DNA of 42,707 nucleotides from Asterionella formosa (Eukaryota), in assembly GCA_002256025.1 (NCBI GenBank), contig NKIB01014536.1:1-42707 (forward strand), read 5' to 3'. The notes under the pieces are model-generated. The model ran no database searches. It was given only the letters and a program-made list of their open reading frames with translations, and was not told the DNA's origin. The position numbers and the translations under genes are program-made. Positions 34,273 to 42,707 of the stretch are shown piece by piece (the stretch's first letter is position 1; each line of letters begins with the position of its first letter).

Positions 34273-35056
34273 ATGAATCCATCGAAGAAGAATAATTGCA
34301 ATGAAGACAGTAGTGATGAAGAGTATGTGGTGAGTGAATTCTCATACATCTTTACATCTTCATCCAATGGTCATAGCAATGCCACAGTCAGTATTGGTGA
34401 TGCACAGAGAATGAGAGAATCCTTTCGCACACATTTCAATGCTGTAGCTTTTGGTTTTTTCAATGAAAACGCGGGATCAGGCGCAACTCCAGTTGATCAT
34501 GTGGAAACCGGAACAACTGGAGCAACAAGGAATGAAAAGGCGGGCATAGGTACAACTCCAGTTGATCATGCGGAAACAGGAACAACTGGAGCAATAAGGA
34601 ATGAAAAGGCAACAGTAGCAGGAAAAACTCCAAAAGCGGAAGCCGGAACAACAACTGCAACATGGGCTGCAAAGAGAATCGAAAATGCTAAATCAACAAC
34701 AAAGAAAAAGACTGCAAGAATTATAGCGGGAACAAAGGAAAAGATCACACAAGGAACAGGAAAAGCAAGGTCATGTGACATAACTGATGAGACATACAAT
34801 GAAATTGCATATAACACAACAGGAACAGGAAAAACTAGATCATGTGACATGACTGATGAGAAATACAATAAAATTGTGTATATTATTGAAAACTCATGCT
34901 TTGTGTTATCCTCAAGATAGCAAGTCAAAACGAAGGTGTAGGTGTCTGAAAGAATGCACAAATGCTTGTGGATGCTTTAAGGAAAAGCATGGTTCTTGCA
35001 GTGTGTCTTGCAAATGTTCTACAAAATGTATGAAAAAATTCAATAAACAATTATAA
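34273..35056 (+). pseudogene. Internally deleted transposase-like gene (Ginger/KRBA2-like termini) with a C-terminal CXC-like Cys cluster
   Basis: N-terminal MRESFR...TDEKYNKIV and, in another frame, RCRCLKECTNACGCFKEKHGSCSVSCKCSTKC; no catalytic core. Internal 69-bp repeats (34462/34531/34600 and 34753/34822). Weak inverted similarity between ~33910-33960 and ~35065-35125. Confidence 0.4.
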
Positions 35057-35991
35057 GTAACCTTATGAGGTAAAATACTTTTTTATAAGATTTTTTGTCA
35101 TATTAAAATCTGGTGAAACAGCAGTGTATAGGAAACTGTGGTGAACAGAGCAATCAGTGTGTACTAGGTACTCCTGGTATTGCCTTATGCTACCATTGGT
35201 ATTATGCATACTAGTAGTACTAACAGTGTACGTACCATAGGCTTATTGGAACCACCCCTAGTACACCAGCCAGGGGTCAGGATGGTGATTTTCTTAGCTT
35301 AGAAAACAACTTTTATTAAAGTTAAAATACCTCTGAATTGCCTTGAAATTTTTATCCACGACTCCAAAGAGATGGTTGTGACAGTGGAGTTTATTCACAA
35401 AACAAGCAGCGCTCGTACATAGATACTGCGAGTTATTGCTTCAAATCTGATGAATAAAAGAACCCGGAAAACTAAATAAATAGTGCCGATTCTGCAGATT
35501 TCGCTAATAAATTCTGCTGATTTGGATTTCATCAGATATGACATAACAGATCGGTATCAATTCCTTATGCTCAGTCTGAGTACTGCTTTACATGTATGGG
35601 TTGTACCATAGCAGAGGAATGATGGAAATGATTGGATGAAGAAGATGAACATTTTCCTTTCTTCGAACCAACAGTCTTTGATGACAAGGATGAAGATTTA
35701 GCACTATCAGTACTTTCATGAAATGATGATTTTGGAAGCAATGGAACAGCAAAATTGAGAAGGTGAGGAACTTGGCACAACCATACCACTAGCTAAATGG
35801 TAGTAATATGTATAAGGTCGGCTTCCAAAAAGATTAACAAAGCCATCATGCCTTCCTGACTTTTTGTTGTTCCTGTATGCAATTTGGTAATGAAAGTTAA
35901 TGCACCCTATTGCCATAGAAAATTCGACAGAGGACAGAGCATCATACATCTTTGGTTAGCAACTGTCTGTCCCCATTTGTTCCCAATAAGG

Positions 35992-37062
35992 ATTTTGTGA
36001 AAAGGCAAGAGTTGTGGTTTAATTGTGAATATGTTGATAGAACTTAGTAGCCCTGAGACTTATGAACATTATGTCGTTTATGAAGGTAACAACAAGGTAC
36101 TATATGTTAGGATGATCAAGGCACTATATGGCATGCATGTTAAAGTCATCATTGTTGTATTACAAGAAATTTCGGAAGTATATTGAGTCAGTTGGATTCA
36201 AGGTCAATCCAAAGGATCCATGCGTTGCAAATCGCACTGTTAATGGAAAACAACACACAGCTACTTGGCACATTGACGATTCAAAATCTATTCATGTGGA
36301 TAGCAAGAAAGTGAATGATCAAATTTGGAATGGCTCAAAAAGAAATACGCTTCTGACGAAATTGGTGAAGTAAAGGTCATGTGTGGAAATAAGCATTATT
36401 ATTTGGGCATGACACTAGTAGATTACTCTCTTCCAGGAGTGTAGAGGGTGGATGTGACTAGCTAAATAGTATGTGAAATCACTGATTGATGATTTCCCAG
36501 ATAAGCTTGAAGGTATCGGAAAATTTCCATGGACAAATAAACTGTTCACTGTTGATATGAAATCGAAGAAGTTTGAATATGAGAAAGCAAAAATATTTCA
36601 TACTTTTGTTATGAAAGGAATGCTTCTTGCTTTTGTAAGCAAGGAAGACAGGGCATTCAACCAGTAACTAGTAGGTTTCTGGCAAACCAAACAACCAAGC
36701 CAAATGAAGGCGATTGGGTAAAATTTGTCAAGATCAAAAATTTCTTGAAAGCAACTCAGAATGAGGCTGCATCTATGAGTGCTGATAACACTCAGAGTAT
36801 TAAATGGTACATAGATGTGGCATTTGCATTTGCAGTCCACAAGGAGTTTAAAAGTCACACAGGCGTTACATTGTCATTTGGACAAGGAATTATTTGTTCT
36901 GTGTCTATGAAACAGAAAGCGAACATGAGAGTTCGACTGAAGCAGAATTAGTTGGTGTTGACAACATTTTATCAAAGATGTTGTGGACAAAACTATTTAT
37001 TGAAGCACATGGACACAAAGTGAATATGAATGTCATTTACTGTGACAACACTAGGGCAATGG
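35992..37062 (+). pseudogene. Copia reverse transcriptase / RNase H remnant (CoDi-type)
   Basis: KVLYVRMIKALYG.LKSSLLYYKKF...GFKVNP.DPCVAN...WHIDD; HYYLGM; WYIDVAFA.HKEFKSHTG; KQK.N..SSTEAELVGVD; IYCDNT. Many stops and frameshifts. Confidence 0.92.
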
Positions 37063-37580
37063 GAAAGCAAGTTCAAGAAAATGCACATCCTCTGTATGTT
37101 CTACAAAGTTCTGTCTTCCCGAAATCGCTGCAAGCCAATCAAATCATGCTGTGATTTTTGTGCATTATGCATTACGAACAAATTCCCTTCACACAATTGG
37201 GGGGGGTGCATTGTCAAGAAAACCAAGGCATGCAATGCATCCTTTTGCCGTATCGATACAAACAACCAAATCGTAGTTAAACATTAGCTTGTTTCACTTA
37301 TTTTCTTGCATTCTATCATGGTATTGTTATAGTCGTTGTTGGAGTGATTGCGCAGCTACTGTGACAATGTCAAATCCGTTCAGAGCATCGTCGTTTTGAA
37401 TTGTGCATTCATAAACTTGATGAAAAAATGTGCCATTTGCGTCTCTAATTTTAGATTTTAATATTTTTTATTAGAATAATTCTTTTACGATTGTGTTTTC
37501 TATGTTGTGTATGATATATGGACCAAATCGAAAAGCGTCATTCTCAAGAAATCTCTCATTTTTCACATCACGGAAATAAT

Positions 37581-38079
37581 TGTCATGTTAATACATCTTA
37601 GAAAAATGTGTGCTACCCTCTAGAGCTAATGAAATATACTTAGGCTTAATATTGGTATTATATGGGAAATATCTTCATTGTCCTGGACCCTTGAGTAAAA
37701 TCAGTCTAGAGATTCAGTCACGGCAGTGTAAATTGGGGGAGATCCAGGACAATGAAGTACCAGTATACAGTATCTGTATTCGTAAGACCAATAGTTCTTG
37801 AATCTAATGATAAATGTTAATCAACCTGTCATGTTAATAAATCTTAGAAAAATGTGTGCTACGCTAGCACCCTGTAGAGCTAATGAAATATCATACTTAG
37901 GTTTAATACTGTTAGTATTTGGGAAATATCTTCATTGCCAGGACCCCCTTTAGTAACATCAATCAAGAAATTCAGTCACGGCAGTGTGCTTTGGGGGATC
38001 CAGGACAATGAAGAATATGGTATCTGTATTTGGAAGACCGATAGTTTTTGAATCTAGTAATGATAAATGTGTATCAACC
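37581..38079 (+). repeat. Two tandem ~250-bp units, each with an internal hairpin
   Basis: Copies at 37581-37826 and 37827-38079. Copy 1 has a perfect 15-bp inverted repeat CTTCATTGTCCTGGA (37673-37687) / TCCAGGACAATGAAG (37743-37757), nearly conserved in copy 2. Confidence 0.9.
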
Positions 38080-38633
38080 TATGATCAAAGAATGTGAGGT
38101 CAACATGGGTTTATCTATAAATGAATGATCTGGCAAATGCAAACGGCATGTGGAGAATAGTTCGTTTGATTATTCAAACCGATCAAACCTGCCTAACAAC
38201 TAGCTTAGTAGCTCACAATAAGAGTATAGCAACGAAAGAGAAGCGAACATCACTGTCTATCGCCTTCATTTTTCTAATGATAGATCTATCTAGAAAAGTT
38301 CATACTTCAACAATGCCTCACATGAAGTTCCAACACTTGTGTCATGGGAAGCTGTCTGGTAGGCTACTGTTAACAATTGATGAATACATCGCCTCACACC
38401 TGTTTCGCTAGAGTGATGACAAGTTCCGTTCTTACGAGTAATTCATCGTGGAAAATATCCATTCCGCCTCAATCACCATGAGGCATAATTATTTATTCTT
38501 CACGAGTCCTATTCTCATACATAACGATATCGCAACACTTGACCTCTACAATTCCCGAACTACTTTCTATATATATATATATGGTACTCCCGATACCCAG
38601 AATGTCGAATATACTGATGTAGCTTATAGTAAC

Positions 38634-39761
38634 CTAATAAAACGTATAGTTCCTAGACTTAAGGAACGAAGTCATGGCTGCTCCACAGTTTCCATCACCG
38701 ACAACTGTGTTGTTGAAAGGGCGACTTCCGAGCGCGGTTGGCTTGACCACGCCCGCCGCAACCATGGAATAATAATGATCCCTTAGCCCAATAACCGCCC
38801 CACTTTCATCTTTGCAGGACTCGAGACTAACGCCGTTGAAAGAGTGTGTCAGCGTAGCGTTAGCAGTAATACTCCATTTGAACGCGTACGATTCGTCAAT
38901 CTTGATTTCGGAGCAGTCAGCCTTATCAATGACTGGAGCATCATCCGCACAGGAACACATGGGAGCTCCTGCAATTTCACTGGTAAAATTATTTTCCAGG
39001 AGACCGTGATTAACAGCCAGCTGGAAGAGCGCATTGCCTCGGAAGCGATACGACTCAAGGTATCGTTCGTCCCCAACAGTAAAGCCGTGGCAGTTGACGC
39101 TGCCCTCAGATGCGGCCGGATATAAATAGAAGCCGCCACTGACTTGTCCAGCATACGGGGCGCGGTTGTCGATGTAACATACATCAGTGTTGGTTTTCGA
39201 TTCCGGCACATCAGTCCAACAGCAGATGACAGCCTTCGAGGAACACCTTTTGAAGTTTTGGGAAGTTCCAGGCCACTCCAAGACCTGCGTTTTGACTTTA
39301 ATGGCGGAAGCAGAGAGAATAGCTTTGTGCGACTCAGTTGGACTGTTGTCATCGGTGTTGAGCTCAGTACCCCCGAGAAAGAACTGGTAGTCGTCTTGAG
39401 TCGTCCTGATTGGACTCTCGGTGAAGACACCATCAAAGAGGTCTCGCATGGTTACGCGGTTATTCTTCGCGTACTCCACTTGAGTCTTATTGCACAAGTT
39501 CTGAATATCATCAGCAACTAGGGAGAGATTCCGAAAGAGTCTTCTTGTCTCAGTCAGCCATGACCTACATTTGCTGGCGGTGCTGTTGGGCAATGCCAAC
39601 ATGGCATTCGTAATCGCCGCTTCGAAGGAATACTTGTTGCAACTCGTGAGAGTGAGGTTAAAATCGCCATTGCTATCAACGAAACATGATGCAGGTATGG
39701 TCTGAGCAAGACTGGCCGAGGCCATGGAGGCGATTAGGAGGAGAGAGCGTATAAGATTCAT
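38634..39761 (-). CDS. Secreted Cys-rich protein of unknown function, 375 aa, intronless; paralog of 41040-42475
   Basis: Signal peptide MNLIRSLLLIASMASASLA from ATG 39761. Motifs NFKRC...CCW, NTDVCYID, EG..NCHGF, RFRGNALF, GAPMCSC.D.P...ADC, DESY.F. Confidence 0.9.
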   Translation of the reverse strand: MNLIRSLLLIASMASASLAQTIPASCFVDSNGDFNLTLTSCNKYSFEAAITNAMLALPNSTASKCRSWLTETRRLFRNLSLVADDIQNLCNKTQVEYAKNNRVTMRDLFDGVFTESPIRTTQDDYQFFLGGTELNTDDNSPTESHKAILSASAIKVKTQVLEWPGTSQNFKRCSSKAVICCWTDVPESKTNTDVCYIDNRAPYAGQVSGGFYLYPAASEGSVNCHGFTVGDERYLESYRFRGNALFQLAVNHGLLENNFTSEIAGAPMCSCADDAPVIDKADCSEIKIDESYAFKWSITANATLTHSFNGVSLESCKDESGAVIGLRDHYYSMVAAGVVKPTALGSRPFNNTVVGDGNCGAAMTSFLKSRNYTFY

Positions 39762-40001
39762 GTTTTTGTTGAAAAAGTTGGTTTTGTGAGCACATTCTGC
39801 TTTCATGGCGTTTCGGGAGAGATTTGTTCCGACAATACTCCAACCTCATGTCCTAGATAGTACCTGGTACCAGGTACCAGGTACCATCATCTAGTTGGTT
39901 CCAGTACCTTGAGGCGACTGTATGAATAGTCATACTATACTCTTTTGTAACGCGGAACTCTGTGCAGTCATTGCGGTCGGAATACTTAAACCTGGCTGCA
40001 A

Positions 40002-40270
40002 CGATGTTTCACGAAAGCTGTCTGATGTCGTAGTATTGAAATGTCTATTGCAATATTCTTGCTACCAGGGTACTGGTACTTTCTTACAGATAATCGAAAT
40101 GTGTTTCAGAAAAGACTCCCGAAACGAGTCATTATGAAATGTCGCTTTGTTGACGGCTTTCTATGTTTTTGTTTTTCAAATTCAATGTTTAGCCAACCGA
40201 CACGACTGCTGCGACGTGTATGTCGACATGTTTCAGAAAAGACTCTCTGAACGAGTCATTTTGAGATGTC
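40002..40270. repeat. Repeated ~43-bp motif in the divergent intergenic region
   Basis: tgtttcagaaaaGACTC.c.gaa(a)cGAGTCatt.tga.atgtc at ~40103 and ~40229, each with a GACTC/GAGTC dyad; a degenerate copy at ~40003. Confidence 0.7.
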
Positions 40271-41039
40271 TTGAATTACGGGTTATCGAAGTTGTTTTTG
40301 ATTTCGGCATACCGGTAGTAAATACCAATACCGGTACCAGGTACCTGCTTTACGTATTTTGTATATTTCCGGTACCAGGTACCAGGTACTGTACTGTATT
40401 TATTTTGCTGAAGCATGATCAAATAATAATATGATACTGATGTATGATGCTCAGTATTTCCAAGAGACATCAGATGCCGGTGCATGCGTTGCGACACAAA
40501 TGTGTTATTGAATTCACCAAGCCGACGCGACTCTTGCGACATGAGCATGTCGAATCGACAAAATCAGGAGTCATACATATTATGCATAAAACGGCCTCGA
40601 AATGCCTTTTCGTTCTATAAGTTGTTGGACCACGTATCAACGTACCAGGGTACCGGTTGATACAGTCTGAACTAGATCGTTCATTTTTGCATCAATTACC
40701 GTACCAGGTACCAGGTAATCATTCCTACCGGTATACCCTTGCTGGATTTTTGTGAGACATCGGACTCTATCATGTTTTCCCAACTAGAATGTCTGGTAAT
40801 AATTACGAATGTCTGTTCGAGTGTGATTGTTCCGAAAAGACCTGTATGCAGCGCGACTATTTACAGTCTCCATACCTTCGTTTACAAACCAGACCCGACC
40901 GACCTGGCATTTCCTTTCGCGCCTTCAACCTTTTCATTTCTTGATAAATCGTTTTTGATCCTGGCCTCTGACAAGCAACTCTCCCCCACTGGTCATAAAA
41001 TCAAAAAATTTACCATTGATATCTCCAAAACACGACAGC

Positions 41040-42475
41040 ATGCTCGCCATCACAGTCGCCCTAGTACTCCTCCTTGATCTCATCTCCACGTCCGGCGCTG
41101 CTGTGGCAACCACTAGTCAGCTCAGTATCACAGATTGCTTGAATGCTTTACCCCCTATTACGACATCGGGATGTGAGGAGGTCTCGTTCAAAGCGGCTCT
41201 CACAACTGCTCTCACTGCCGCTACCACTAGCCCTTACTGTGCCAGCAGCACTTCTGACGCTGTCCTTGCTGCACTTCTCGGTACCATTACCAGCGTTACC
41301 GGGGATTTTCAAACCAAGGTCTGCAACCCCGCCAGGGCAACTGCACGTGACAACAAGAGTTCAGACTTCTACAAAATCAATCCTGCAGCAACTTCCCCCG
41401 CCTGGTACAAGCGCTTCTACGACGGAGATACTTTCTTAAACGAGCACGTAGACGACGATGAAGGCCTTCGAGGTAAAACCGAAGGAGCCTTCATCGGATC
41501 CTTTAGAGATACTGCGTCCTCGACCATCGTTACTTTCCCGGAGGAAATCCAGAACTTTAAGAGCTGCGCAATCGAAGCTGCCATGTGCTGCTGGGTACAG
41601 GATCGCCAAGCAAATGACAACAACGGTGGATGCGCGGATAACACTTACGCAGCCAACTGCACGAATAAAAATCCAGGTGACAACACTGATGTTTGTAAGT
41701 CTAGTAAAACTCAAACTTTGACGATCAATGTCACGGTCGTTGCTCACACCATGCTCTCTCGTTTACCCAATTAATTATAACAACAGGCTACATTGACCTC
41801 GGCCTCGCTCCAACCTCTCATAAGATGAACAACGGCCTGGCATTCTTTGATGCGCAATCTCCAGGGGGTCGAGAAGGTGATTCTCATTGCCACGGCTTTG
41901 CTTGGTCAAACAAAAAAACTGATTCCTCCTCTCGCTATCTCGGAAACAGCTTATACTTTGTCTCAATGTTCGACCATCTTTACTCCCGTGGTTATTCCAA
42001 GAACCTCGCTGGAGCACCCATGTGTGGCTGCATCGATCAAATGCCTCTTGTCACCAGAGCTGACTGCACACAAACAAACGTGGACGAGACTTATACCTTC
42101 GTCGTTACCAACGGAGTTTTCTCCACATCTGTCACGAACATCGCGGTAACGTTCCAGGCCTGCCAGGCCACTACTAACAATGATTTGAACTCGTATTGGA
42201 AAAAGATCAACGCAGCAAATGCCACACGTGCACAACTCATCGATGACTATTTGGTGGAAAACAGAAGAGACTCGAACGGAAAAAGGGGGTGCGGATTTGC
42301 CATTGAGCGAAGATTGAATGCAGGCTTTTACGGTGTGAAACGCACGATTGTACTTCCAACCAAGGCTCCCACAAAATCGCCTACACGTAAGCCTGCTATT
42401 GCTCGGGGTCTACGAAGTCGTAATGTTCCAAAAAACCAGAACAGTGAAAGAAACCGCAAGGCTGATATCAAGTAG
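41040..42475 (+). CDS. Secreted Cys-rich protein of unknown function, 447 aa; join(41040..41694,41787..42475)
   Basis: Signal peptide MLAITVALVLLLDLISTSGA. Splicing a 92-nt GTAAGT...AACAG intron restores NTDVCYID, identical to the paralog. Motifs AAMCCWVQDRQANDNNGGC, EGDSHCHGFAW, GNSLYFVSMFDHLYSRGY, GAPMCGC; PTKAPTKSPT tail. Confidence 0.92.
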
Positions 42476-42707
42476 GCAATACATTATAGAGAATGATTAA
42501 ACTGAAATACAAACTAAAACCCTTTTTACTGTCATAAAATACATTCTACTTGCCAGCAACCACTGTGTTTAGAATTAGATAAGGGAAGTACATCATACAG
42601 CGAAGGTGGGTGAAGTAAAATCTTCTGTCCTTCGTTTCACGTTCTCACGTCATTCTCAAAACGACAATGCCTTTCTAAGCACATACAATTATCTACCTAG
42701 AAGCAAA

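Noticed and set aside
35992..37062. RT/RNase H remnant as the 3' half of the element starting at 8664
   Set aside because: It is 16 kb from the gag remnant, separated by an intact host gene, and no copy of the 8664-9000 LTR follows it.
38849..39521. Alternate-frame and antisense ORFs inside the secreted-protein gene
   Set aside because: No motifs; only the main frame is conserved with the paralog.
1..42707. tRNA, rRNA or prokaryotic operon/defence system
   Set aside because: No cloverleaf, rRNA-like segment or prokaryotic gene recognised by eye; a covariance-model scan was not possible.

Overview
Eukaryotic nuclear DNA, most likely a diatom. This is inferred from the CoDi-type Ty1/Copia elements, short GT-AG introns and RXL-containing secreted proteins. 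The window starts in the 5' end of an apparently intact Copia element (gag, LTR). A small host-gene island follows: a membrane protein, PLRG1/Prp46, an exosome RNase PH subunit and an FHA-RING ligase. About 8.7-28 kb is a nest of decayed transposons. A Copia gag is split by a ~10 kb block carrying a Plavaka/CMC-type transposase and a convergent Ulp1-like protease gene, and that block hosts a second Copia pol with a PDZ-like insert. LINE remnants, a TA-flanked MITE and tandem repeats follow. Next come a three-exon secreted Pro/Gly/Cys-rich cell-wall-type protein with a recent exon-intron duplication, further TE relics, and a head-to-head pair of paralogous secreted Cys-rich proteins. The most striking unannotated signal is a dense field of TA-CC(N)GG-TA micro-insertions, often stacked in tandem. 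They cluster beside genes, and one paralogous repeat pair shows reciprocal presence/absence, consistent with repeated Tc1/mariner-type excision footprints. All family assignments are by eye from motifs; no searches were run.
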